The notes below the pieces were generated by a model, which had not been told where the DNA came from, searched no databases, and saw nothing but the letters and a program-made list of their open reading frames with translations. Positions 9,421-18,891 of a DNA stretch of 64,000 bases are shown in pieces (the stretch's first letter is position 1; every line of letters begins with the position of its first letter). The DNA is from an uncultured Pseudomonadales bacterium (lineage in GTDB: Bacteria; Patescibacteriota; Microgenomatia; UBA1400; PJMF01): assembly GCA_964556485.1 (NCBI GenBank), contig CAZKVV010000001.1:84551-148550 (forward strand), in the 5' to 3' direction. Made by a program: the position numbers and the translations under genes.

Positions 9421-9957
9421 GTGTGGAACATCAAAAAAACATCAAATGGTATTTTTCTACCTCGTTGGTGACCATGCTTGGCCCCTCTTAAGTGCGGAGA
9501 GGTGTGTCACTCGCCCCGACATGGGTGAGAAACAATTGCTCAGGTGCCTTGTAAAGTGCAAGGTCGACCGCCACGCACGAATATCGTGAATTGGATTATT
9601 CACATCTGTTTTACAAAATACAGATGCCATTGGGGTGGTATGTAGCACCACTGAATAATTCAAAAGCCAAGTAAGCTACGAAGGAAAGAAGTTACCAAGT
9701 GGGTCTGAATTGGTTTACACTAATACTGCAAACCAATTCGAGAATCCCATACTCATGGTAAAAAAGAACTTTTTAAAGTCCACTTCGTCATGATTGATCT
9801 CCAAATATTCGGGGAACAGTCAAGAGACGATGAAGGACAAAAAATTGTTTTTCAAATTTCCCTGCCCCAAGTGAGGCGCCCCATGGACTACGAGATTCCT
9901 TTAAAAAAGGAACCGAGTCAAAATAAAAGGTTGGGCAATCACTTCACAAAAAAATAG
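9421..9957 (+). pseudogene. Probable decayed orphan gene
   Basis: Promoter (TTTACA 9331/TATAAT 9354), GAGG RBS and terminator flank reading frames broken by TGA/TAA and frameshifts. Confidence 0.4.
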
Positions 9958-9970
9958 AATGTGCACATAT

Positions 9971-9995
9971 AAGCCCGGGTAAACCCCGGGCTTTT
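9971..9995. terminator. Intrinsic terminator
   Basis: AAGCCCGGG-TAAAC-CCCGGGCTTTT. Confidence 0.75.
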
Positions 9996-10010
9996 GCTTT
10001 GTCTGAAGTT

Positions 10011-11399
10011 TTAGAGCCATTGCTTGCAATAGGTGGCTACATCAAATTTTCGTTCAGCACCAGAACGATTCATATATCTAACTGTCCCAAAAATGGGACG
10101 TTCAAACCAGGGACGGTCATGCACGCCGCCCATACTCCAAGCAACACCGGTGTAGCCGTTGGGATCGCGGCCGTCGAGTTGATAGGTATCGTTGAGGGTT
10201 AGGGCAGTTGTATGTGCTTGCTCGACAGTGGCACTCCACTCAAAGATTTTCTTAGCCCAGTACATACGCATATATCCGTGCATGTGCCCAGATTTGACCA
10301 TTTGCTTTTGTGCGGCATTCCACAAAGTGTCGTGGGTTTGGGCAGTTTCGAGTTGTTCAAGATTATAACTGTACTCACGGGGGTCTTCGGCATGTTGTGC
10401 TAATGTTTTTTCTGCCCACTGGGGATATCCTTTGGTGTCGGCATAGTTGGGGTTGTAGTAGCAAAAATTTTCAGCTAGTTCGCGACGAATAAGTAGCTCT
10501 TCTAAAAATGCATCCTTGTCTTGTTGAGGGGCCTGGGCGCCTTCGACGGCCTGGTAAATTTCAGCAGCACTCAGCATGCCAAAATGTAGCCAAGGGGAGA
10601 GGGTAGAAGTGTGTTGTTTGGTCGGGTCGTTTCGCAGCCTAGCATAGTCGTGCACGTTTGTTTGCACGAATTTTTTGAGTGCGATTTGGCCCGCTTTTTG
10701 GCCGGGTGTAAACCAGTCTGGCAGCTTGATGGTAGTGTCAACGCGAATCTTTGTATGCAACTGGGCAAGTGTGTGTTTCGTTTCTTCTGAAATAGTTGAA
10801 GGAACTGGATGCACCTTGAGCGGTGGAAAAGCGGTGAGGTAGGCTGGCAGTAGGGATAGCAGTTTTGGTCGCAGAATTCTGGCAGAAAAAGCGGCTTTGG
10901 GATAGGCAATCCAGGGAGGAATAATGTTGTGCGCATCGATAGTGTGGACTTCATAGTCACTTTTTTCACTGAGTTCTTGGCGCCAAGAGACATTCAACTT
11001 CAGCGGTGAAAAGTCGGTGACGATTAAACTTGCTTGCTGTGCTTGCGCAAAATCCGCAACCATTTTTGGAGGGTCCCCAATAAGAATGGCTAGGCCAATG
11101 GCATGATTGGCTAACTCAGCAGAAACGTCGAGTAAACCCTGTTGCAGACTTACGAGTAGTCTAGTAGTGCCATGGTGCTTGATAAGGTCCTGGCGAATAG
11201 CAAACACAACAGTTAGTGCCACCTTACGCGCAAGCGCTTGTTCCTGGGCGTAGAGCAATGCCCAGTTGTTGCGAGTTCGAATATCTCGGGACATCCAGTA
11301 CACCACTGATCCCGATTGACTGACGCCGGGTTGGGTAGCTTTAGTTGATGGTGCAATTCTGTTGGCGAAGTTGGTTGAATAGGTGTAGTAATTGTGCAC
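10011..11399 (-). CDS. phr: Class II CPD DNA photolyase
   Basis: VVYWMSRD.R...NWAL, IDAHNIIP, LSPWLHFG, RRELAENF, MHGYMRMYWAKK, DGRDPNGY, RPIFGTVRYM; likely GTG start at 11399. Confidence 0.92.
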   Translation of the reverse strand: MHNYYTYSTNFANRIAPSTKATQPGVSQSGSVVYWMSRDIRTRNNWALLYAQEQALARKVALTVVFAIRQDLIKHHGTTRLLVSLQQGLLDVSAELANHAIGLAILIGDPPKMVADFAQAQQASLIVTDFSPLKLNVSWRQELSEKSDYEVHTIDAHNIIPPWIAYPKAAFSARILRPKLLSLLPAYLTAFPPLKVHPVPSTISEETKHTLAQLHTKIRVDTTIKLPDWFTPGQKAGQIALKKFVQTNVHDYARLRNDPTKQHTSTLSPWLHFGMLSAAEIYQAVEGAQAPQQDKDAFLEELLIRRELAENFCYYNPNYADTKGYPQWAEKTLAQHAEDPREYSYNLEQLETAQTHDTLWNAAQKQMVKSGHMHGYMRMYWAKKIFEWSATVEQAHTTALTLNDTYQLDGRDPNGYTGVAWSMGGVHDRPWFERPIFGTVRYMNRSGAERKFDVATYCKQWL

Positions 11400-11418
11400 T
11401 GACTGGTATACTAACACT

Positions 11419-12036
11419 ATGAAAACTTCCACACTATTGTCACAACGTTGGTTGCAGATCACTAGAGTGGTTCGTATTGTTGCATACTATGTCTTGCCAA
11501 CTATGTTGTTGGTGGGTTCGTTGCTTTTTGGTAGTGAAGTGCGTTTTATTGCGCAGTTTGGAAACGCAGCATTATTTCTTATTTTGGGTAACTTATTTCT
11601 TAAGCCGGTTGCTTTGATAACAAAGAATGGCATTGTTTCGCTGTTACTTACTTTGCGCAGGGAAATGGGAGTGGCAAGTTTTTGGCTCTATATTTTTCAT
11701 GCGGTGGGAATGGTGAATATTTACAAGTTTCAACCGGCTGATTTTGCAGGAATAGACAACTTTTTATTGTATGGATCTTTAGCAGGGATGGGAATGTGGG
11801 TCTTGGGCTTAACTTCAAACAATGGTGCTCAAAAACTACTAAAGAAAAACTGGAAAAAAGTGCAGATGGTAGCGTATCCCGTACTTTTTTTGGCGCTGCT
11901 TCATGGTGCAAAAGCACAAACAGAAATTGAGAAATTTTATCTTTTTTCGACACTCTATCTTTTCCTGAAAGCACTGCAATTTAAGAAGGTTGATTTATCT
12001 GTACAATTTGGAAAATTGCCCTTGTGGCTACAATAG
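11419..12036 (+). CDS. Ferric reductase-like transmembrane protein (MsrQ-like)
   Basis: RREMGV..F.Y..H, LGLTSNN, WKKVQ..AY..H. Confidence 0.75.
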   Translation: MKTSTLLSQRWLQITRVVRIVAYYVLPTMLLVGSLLFGSEVRFIAQFGNAALFLILGNLFLKPVALITKNGIVSLLLTLRREMGVASFWLYIFHAVGMVNIYKFQPADFAGIDNFLLYGSLAGMGMWVLGLTSNNGAQKLLKKNWKKVQMVAYPVLFLALLHGAKAQTEIEKFYLFSTLYLFLKALQFKKVDLSVQFGKLPLWLQ

Positions 12037-12082
12037 GATATGACTTCCGCATGAGTGGTATTTGTTGTATTATCATACCCAT

Positions 12083-13984
12083 ATGATGCAAGAAACTGTT
12101 GGTTCTAATTATTGTAATAAATGTGGCGATCCTATTACTGGAAGCTTCTGTTCTGCATGTGGTTCCAAAGTAGTGAGGCAGAAGATGCGTGAAGGAGTCG
12201 CAACACGTGAAAAACAAGTTGCCCCAATTTTTATTGGCTCCATGGCTGTTAACACGACAGATAATCAAATTATTTTTCATGACGCTGCGGGAGTAGAGTC
12301 TCACAGATGTAGTTTTAATGATTTTGCACAATTAAGTACCAATAAATCGATTGATAGTATATTGGCAAACCCAACGGTGAATGATCGTATTGTAGTAACT
12401 ATTTCTCAACAAATCGATGGAGTACAAATCAAAACAACACTAGATGTGCCTCAAGCACACTATTTGGGAGCAAGAGGAATAGTCGATTATTTTAATCCTA
12501 AGGTTGATACAGCCGAGCTCGCTGCAAACGTTGCAAATTATGAACAATTGCGAAAAAAAAGAGAAAGAGTTGATGGTGGCTTACTTACGTATTCACCAAA
12601 GACGGAAGATGGCACAAAATTTTCGAGAGCAGAAACGAAACTTGCAGATGGCAGTGATTTTCCCGTCTACGTTCCTGCTGAACTATTAAACATATTAGAT
12701 GGCGCATTATGTGTTTTTTTAACTACAGCTTCTAATCTTACCCAGGATTCTGATACCTTTAACCTAGCAGGCCACACTATAAATAAAGCACAACTACTTA
12801 GCACTTTATCTGGCAATGGACAATTCTATCCATTTAGAAGAGAGCTTATTAATCCTAGATTAAGTTTGAATGATGTCAAAACACATCAAGCATATTTGCC
12901 AGTAAATGACATTAATAATAAACCCATTATTATTTCCATCGATCAAACGATTCTAGTTGAGTTATTTGCAAAGTATGAAAAGCAAATAGATCAACCTGCA
13001 GTGAGAATGTCAGTTGAAAATACTCTGAAGAGAGAGAAGCATGTTGTTACAAAATCTGAACATAAAGTTAACGTTGGTATAGCAAAAGGTTTGGTGAGAA
13101 AAGGTAGTTATGTGCGTGAAGGTCAAAGATTTAGCGAATCGATAGATGTCCAAGCTGGGACAACAATAGGTGATAGATTTTTAGATGCAAATCAAGAAAG
13201 AGCAGCAAATCAGGACATGCTCGTTGCTCGAACAGTCGAGATGGCAGATGGTACGATTGTTACTATCCTCAGAGTGTATGACGGGATGGGAGGACATGGA
13301 CACGGTGAGCAAGCATCTAAAACAGCAGCAGCAAACGAAATTAATTTTCTTACCACTCTCACTGAGAAGCAAATTAAGGCTATAAAAGATCGAGCTCAAA
13401 AAAAGAACAGATCGTATGAAGTTGAGTTAGCAGATGTAATGCTCAAATACATTGCAAAGACAACCGTTAGCCAAATTCCTGCTGAGGCAGGCACAACTAT
13501 GTCGGGAAGCTTGATTATCAATGGCAAATGCATTGTAACGAGCAAAGGTGATTCGAAGACATACGTATTTAGGGGTGGAAAACCTGTATTACGGACAATT
13601 GATCATAGTTTGGTTGCGAGGTTAGTAGCTACAAAACAAATTACTCCGGATGAAGCAGTGCATCATCCGCAAAAGAATGTGATTTATAAAACAGCACTAG
13701 ATGAAGGAAGGGATGGAAATGTCGTCGCAACACACCCAATGCAGGAATTTCCTTTTGAAATCGCAGAAATTGTTCTCGAGGAAGGTGATGTGATCATATC
13801 AATGTGTGATGGAGTTGCTGGAGGTATTGAGACTCAGGGAAGAGATATTGAACAAGAGTTGCAAGCAATGATCGCGGCAAAATCTCAAGACGCAGCGCTG
13901 TATGCACTAAATGTCTTAGCCGAAGGTAGTGGTGACAACGATACCTTTTTGATGGCAACATACCACACATCGAATGTGACGTAA
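12083..13984 (+). CDS. Zinc-ribbon + PP2C (PPM) Ser/Thr phosphatase
   Basis: N-terminal CNKCG/CSACG; C-terminal NQD, DGMGGH, GTT, GDS, DHSLV, CDG, DND motifs. Confidence 0.8.
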   Translation: MMQETVGSNYCNKCGDPITGSFCSACGSKVVRQKMREGVATREKQVAPIFIGSMAVNTTDNQIIFHDAAGVESHRCSFNDFAQLSTNKSIDSILANPTVNDRIVVTISQQIDGVQIKTTLDVPQAHYLGARGIVDYFNPKVDTAELAANVANYEQLRKKRERVDGGLLTYSPKTEDGTKFSRAETKLADGSDFPVYVPAELLNILDGALCVFLTTASNLTQDSDTFNLAGHTINKAQLLSTLSGNGQFYPFRRELINPRLSLNDVKTHQAYLPVNDINNKPIIISIDQTILVELFAKYEKQIDQPAVRMSVENTLKREKHVVTKSEHKVNVGIAKGLVRKGSYVREGQRFSESIDVQAGTTIGDRFLDANQERAANQDMLVARTVEMADGTIVTILRVYDGMGGHGHGEQASKTAAANEINFLTTLTEKQIKAIKDRAQKKNRSYEVELADVMLKYIAKTTVSQIPAEAGTTMSGSLIINGKCIVTSKGDSKTYVFRGGKPVLRTIDHSLVARLVATKQITPDEAVHHPQKNVIYKTALDEGRDGNVVATHPMQEFPFEIAEIVLEEGDVIISMCDGVAGGIETQGRDIEQELQAMIAAKSQDAALYALNVLAEGSGDNDTFLMATYHTSNVT

Positions 13985-14004
13985 ATTGTGTATGAAAAGT
14001 AAAT

Positions 14005-15531
14005 ATGTCCACACAAACCACTGAATGGCAACCAATTACTTTTTTTGATACTACAGACTCAGATCAACATCAAGAACCTGCCTCAGAGCAAGAAGAATAT
14101 ATATCTCCTGGATATCCAGAACAAGAAGTACTCATTCTTGAGGGAAGCACAGCTCTTCTGGAAATAACCAATGCTTGTTTGGCAGATTGTCCTTGGTGTT
14201 ACAAAAGTCATAGCAATGATGTGAAAAACAGCGTGACTCGTCACAAAGGTCACGTTGAGCTAAATGACCTAAAACGTAGAATTGAGTGGATAGACTCATT
14301 CTCTTCTGCAACAGAAATTTGTCTTTTGGGTGGAGAACCACTGTTACATCCTCATTTGCAAGAATTGTTTGATTTTTTGTTAGAGCGAGGTATCCAACCA
14401 CAAATTATCACAGCAGCAGTGGTTGGGGATTCCGAGATTGGAAAGAAGAATACCGACATTTTGTTTGATTACTGGTTGCGTGGATTAGTAAATGTAGAGC
14501 TGAGTTATCAGCCACAAAAAAATCAAGCAGAATTTACAGCTCTGTACACCCGAATGAGAGAAGCTTTGCCTGGCAGAAACGATGTAATTCGTGGCGAAAT
14601 AAGGAAAATTGAAGATGTAATTAGATCAGATGATTCCCAGCTTTCAGAAGAAGAAAAGAAGGCACTTACAGCCAAAAATTCAGCGCTCCTTGCTCAACTA
14701 CCTAATGGAGTAGGTAAGTATCAAAAATATTTTTTACAATCGGTTGCCACGTTTCCTCGACATATTATTACTAATCCAGAGCTTTGGGCAAAGGAGTTTA
14801 CCCAGTTGATGCGTGTGGCAGTAAACGTTGATATGACAAGTACAGCTGAAACTATGAGTTATGAGGGAAAAGATTGGATAATGGTTGATTCTATAGAAGA
14901 ATTTCGCCAATTATTTTTGCGGGTAATTAATTCTGAGCCAAATCCTGATGGGTCAGCAATATCCTTTGATGATTATTTCCCAAACGATGGGTCTTTGCCA
15001 AACTCATCACTACGTATCTGGAGTGAGCAGCAAATTTATCCCCGTTTTATCAAGGATGATACTTCCCCAAGTGGTAAACACCATGTGGCAAATATGGTAG
15101 TTCAGAGACCAGGTTCAGCGAAATATGCACAAGTATGTTCGTACATGAAAGTGAAGCCAAAAGGCACAAAGGCGTTGAGTATAACTAGCTTGCTAGTGAG
15201 AACTGACGGTGAGTGTACGTTTACAGAACCAGAGTGTATTGCAGCAAAAGAAGGGTTTACAAATGTTGACTTGCATCAAACACCAGAGGAAATATATGCG
15301 GTTACACTTGAACATGCTCGATTGCTGCGTTTCTTAAACTATGAAATTAAAAGAAAGCGTGCCGAAGCAATTGGTGTAGGAGCTGAGGGATACTGCAAGT
15401 TTGATCCGCTCATAAAAAGTGGCGAAATAAAAGTTGGTAACCTGCCTTGCCACGGCTGCGGTATTGAAGGTTCGGTGGGTAACTTGTGTCAAATGTGCAG
15501 CGCTATACGAAGAGTAATGGTACCTCAGTAA
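14005..15531 (+). CDS. Radical SAM protein with Cys-rich C-terminus
   Basis: CLADCPWC, GGEPLLHP; C-terminal CxxC/CxxC cluster. Confidence 0.8.
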   Translation: MSTQTTEWQPITFFDTTDSDQHQEPASEQEEYISPGYPEQEVLILEGSTALLEITNACLADCPWCYKSHSNDVKNSVTRHKGHVELNDLKRRIEWIDSFSSATEICLLGGEPLLHPHLQELFDFLLERGIQPQIITAAVVGDSEIGKKNTDILFDYWLRGLVNVELSYQPQKNQAEFTALYTRMREALPGRNDVIRGEIRKIEDVIRSDDSQLSEEEKKALTAKNSALLAQLPNGVGKYQKYFLQSVATFPRHIITNPELWAKEFTQLMRVAVNVDMTSTAETMSYEGKDWIMVDSIEEFRQLFLRVINSEPNPDGSAISFDDYFPNDGSLPNSSLRIWSEQQIYPRFIKDDTSPSGKHHVANMVVQRPGSAKYAQVCSYMKVKPKGTKALSITSLLVRTDGECTFTEPECIAAKEGFTNVDLHQTPEEIYAVTLEHARLLRFLNYEIKRKRAEAIGVGAEGYCKFDPLIKSGEIKVGNLPCHGCGIEGSVGNLCQMCSAIRRVMVPQ

Positions 15532-15564
15532 GCTGTTTCTCTCAGAGGTGGTAGAATACACCAT

Positions 15565-16647
15565 ATGTCATTATCCGCTGGAATTGTTGGTCTACCAAAT
15601 GTAGGCAAGTCAACCTTATTTAACGCTTTGCTAAAACGCCAGGTGGCGCTTGCTGCAAATTATCCATTTGCAACCATCGATCCAAACACTGGCGTGGTTC
15701 CTGTGCCTGACGATCGCCTCGAAACATTGGCAAAAGTGGTGGGAACGACCGTTATTAAACCTGCAACTATGTCGTTTGTAGATATTGCTGGTTTGGTTAA
15801 GGGTGCGAGTGAAGGTGAAGGATTGGGAAATCAATTTTTAGCCAATATTCGTGAGACCGACTTAGTCTGTCATGTAGTGCGTGGCTTTACTGATAGTGCC
15901 ATTTTGCGCGAAGGCAGTACCGATCCTGCATCAGATAAAGAAATTATTGAAACTGAACTATTGCTTGCCGACCTAGCAACACTCGAAAAACAAAAACCAC
16001 CAAAAGCTACTAAAGAAAAGGATGCGTTGTTTCGTTGGAGCGTGATCGAGGAAATGCTAGCTGCAGTTCGACACGGTAGTGCAGTTGCAACCGTTTTGGA
16101 TACGCCAGAAAAAAAACAGATTGGCAGAGAACTGGGTCTGATTTCAGCCAAAACGGTGATTTATGTCGTTAATGTTGATGAAGATGTAGTTGGTGACCAA
16201 GATGTGCAAACCGCAAAGTTTGCCCAGCTGCTCGGTGTGCATGCAGAGCAAGTGGTGATTATTTCCGCAAAAATTGAGAGTGAAATAGCAACACTTTCGG
16301 ATGAAGATGCGCGCATATTTTTAGCTGAACTTGGGCTAAGCAAAAGTGGACTGGAGCGGCTTATTCAAAAAGTATTTGATCAACTTGGCTTGCAAACCTA
16401 TCTAACTGCTGGCGAACTTGAAGTCAGAGCATGGACTATTCATAAGGGTGATTTTGCTCCTCAAGCAGCAGGCGTTATCCACACTGATTTTGAAAAAAAG
16501 TTTATCAAAGCTAAAGTTGCCTCATATGCAGATTTCATTTTGCTTGACGGTTGGAAGGGCACTAAAGAAAAAGGCAAGCAACGACTCGAGGGCAAAGACT
16601 ACGAAATGCAACCAGATGATGTGGTTGAGTTTATGATAGGGGCCTAA
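15565..16647 (+). CDS. ychF: Redox-regulated ATPase YchF
   Basis: GIVGLPNVGKSTLFN, NYPFATIDPN, DIAGLV, AGVIHTDF, RLEGKDY. Confidence 0.97.
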   Translation: MSLSAGIVGLPNVGKSTLFNALLKRQVALAANYPFATIDPNTGVVPVPDDRLETLAKVVGTTVIKPATMSFVDIAGLVKGASEGEGLGNQFLANIRETDLVCHVVRGFTDSAILREGSTDPASDKEIIETELLLADLATLEKQKPPKATKEKDALFRWSVIEEMLAAVRHGSAVATVLDTPEKKQIGRELGLISAKTVIYVVNVDEDVVGDQDVQTAKFAQLLGVHAEQVVIISAKIESEIATLSDEDARIFLAELGLSKSGLERLIQKVFDQLGLQTYLTAGELEVRAWTIHKGDFAPQAAGVIHTDFEKKFIKAKVASYADFILLDGWKGTKEKGKQRLEGKDYEMQPDDVVEFMIGA

Positions 16648-16698
16648 TTTTTTTATTTTTTCTAATGGTGTTACAATTGAAAATACTCACAAGTTAAA

Positions 16699-17534
16699 AT
16701 GAGTTTTTCATACTTTGGGAAAAAGAAGGAAAAAATGACTGAACAACCTCCAGTAGACACAACGAATCCCGAACGGCCAGCACCGGGGACACCAGAATAT
16801 GCCTTACTAATGTTCGACGAGGGTGAGGATAGAGATTTTGTTAGAACCTTGTCTACTGAGTTTGAAGAGATTTCTCAGGAAGAAGTGGAACAACGGGTTG
16901 TTGCTTTGCAGCAATTGGCCGAACAACACTTCGAAGCAGTTCGCTCAGAGGCATTAAAAGTTAACGAAGCAGGTAGTAAAATGCTCAGTGGCACCGTGAG
17001 TGTCATTTTGGAGATCCAAAGCATTGGGCAGAGCACAGCGTAGTGCAAGAGATGACGTATGAACAACTGCGTGCATTTGCGACAGAAAATCTGGATACAG
17101 CTTTTTGGACAAGTAGATCTAAAACTTCGCAAAGGCCAAATGAGTGGTCAGATATTCCCGAAGATGAATCCGCAGCCGAGCCGTCTGCCCTTGATAAAGT
17201 TCACTCATTAGCAACTATGGGTGAAATTATTTTTTCACCCTTTACTGGTGAATATGCGGTACTTGTTCCCAGAGTGAATGTAGATGCAGCTAGACTTGAA
17301 CGATTTTCGAAGTTGTTGCAAGCTGTAGCAATTAGCGAGTATGATCGCGGACAAAATGGACATCCAGCTTTTTTTGACAGCTATTTAGAAGAGTTTGTTT
17401 CTTTTGAAGTACGGATTGTTAGAATTAAAACTGAATCCCAGGCGGAAGCTCCTATTTCAGCAGTTGTACATAATACATTACTTGGAAAAGCTAGAGCATG
17501 GGTTGAGAAACAGAGAAATCGATTTAGCAAGTAA
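16699..17534 (+). pseudogene. Hypothetical protein, probably one gene split by frameshift (ORFs 16699-17043 and 17043-17534)
   Basis: Second frame is open from 16980; one more A in AGTAAAATG (16978-81) would join them. Confidence 0.4.
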
Positions 17535-17559
17535 TACGTGTAATTAATAGAAAGTTACT

Positions 17560-18891
17560 ATGAATGGCGATTACAATCAAAGATTTCCATATCGAGATGA
17601 ATCTCAAGGAGGTAAAGTGGAAGTCAGCTCGCCATCTGAGCTCAAAACGCTCTTACATCGGTACTTTGATTTGGATGAATTGAGAGGGCTGTGTTTTGAT
17701 TTTGGAATTGCTTTGACTGAACCACAATATCGCGCTTTAAATGCATTGAATCGAAGCGATCTTGCAGATTATATGGTTAGAGCACTAGAACAATCTGGAA
17801 ATCTGCAACGTTTGCAGGATGCCATTGTAACCCTGCGACCTTTTTTATCTGATGTACAAAAGACAAGTGAGTTGCCATATGCACTTGTTGATAAAAAGTT
17901 ATTACTTCTTAAAAGCGTACTTAATGATAAATTTAATAAAAGCGAGCTTCAGAACCTTTGTTTTGATTTGAACATAGGTTATGAGTCTCTATCAGGTGAA
18001 AGTACATTTGCAAAAATACAGCATCTTATAATCATATGTAACACTACTAATCGCATTGATGAGTTAGTTGACGCAATAGTAGCAGAACGCTCAGAAACTG
18101 GTTTGAAAGAAATCGAAGCACCAGCTCAACCTCAAACCGAAAAGTCTGTTGAAGTTTTAAAACTTCCAAACAGTGTTCTTATCCGTGACTTTTTGATGCA
18201 ATTTTCACTAAAAGAGCTGACAATACTGATGTATTTTTCTGATCTGCCAGTCGGCACGAAAAGTAAACCAAGTATGTGTCTAGAAATTGCTCAATATCTT
18301 CCTAGACATGGTATAGATGAGTATGCGAAATTTTTGCAGGCTTTACACACGTACAAACCAGAGCAGGACTTGGTTGCAGCACAATTACTAACATCGTACG
18401 ATTTACTACCAACTGCTGAAAATAAGAAAATTGCAATTTTCAACACTTTAGTGCAGAAGATTACTACCAAGGTGGCGCTTGACGACGTATGTTTAGATAT
18501 ATTTAAAGTAAAACTTGCTGCAGATCTGTATAGTTACGACAGAAAGTCACCAAATATAGATCTTGGTATAGTACAACTTATGGAATATGTTGTAAGGCAA
18601 GCATATTGCTCTGACATAAATGAATTACCAGCTATTGCTGATGCAGCACTCAATCGGCCTCAAGCTGCAAAAGAATTAAATCAGTTAACAACGCGTCGCG
18701 ATTTTGTTAGTTATGTTAGAGTGCACGCAGTATCGAGCGAAGATTTTAAGAATGTTTGTCTTGCTTTTGATTTAGATCATGAAGATTTAGAAGGTGCAGA
18801 TCCTTATGAAAAAGCACTGTATTTAGTTCAAAAATTGTACTCTCATGGAATGATCTCAACATTTACTCAAAAGATGTCTCAGCTAGTCTAG
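17560..18891 (+). CDS. Protein of ~5 tandem Death-like (EAD7-like) helical repeats
   Basis: Repeats F..ELR.LCFDFGI, F..SELQNLCFDLNIGYESLSGE...K, DFKNVCLAFDLDHEDLEG...EKA..LV plus two degenerate copies. Confidence 0.6.
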   Translation: MNGDYNQRFPYRDESQGGKVEVSSPSELKTLLHRYFDLDELRGLCFDFGIALTEPQYRALNALNRSDLADYMVRALEQSGNLQRLQDAIVTLRPFLSDVQKTSELPYALVDKKLLLLKSVLNDKFNKSELQNLCFDLNIGYESLSGESTFAKIQHLIIICNTTNRIDELVDAIVAERSETGLKEIEAPAQPQTEKSVEVLKLPNSVLIRDFLMQFSLKELTILMYFSDLPVGTKSKPSMCLEIAQYLPRHGIDEYAKFLQALHTYKPEQDLVAAQLLTSYDLLPTAENKKIAIFNTLVQKITTKVALDDVCLDIFKVKLAADLYSYDRKSPNIDLGIVQLMEYVVRQAYCSDINELPAIADAALNRPQAAKELNQLTTRRDFVSYVRVHAVSSEDFKNVCLAFDLDHEDLEGADPYEKALYLVQKLYSHGMISTFTQKMSQLV

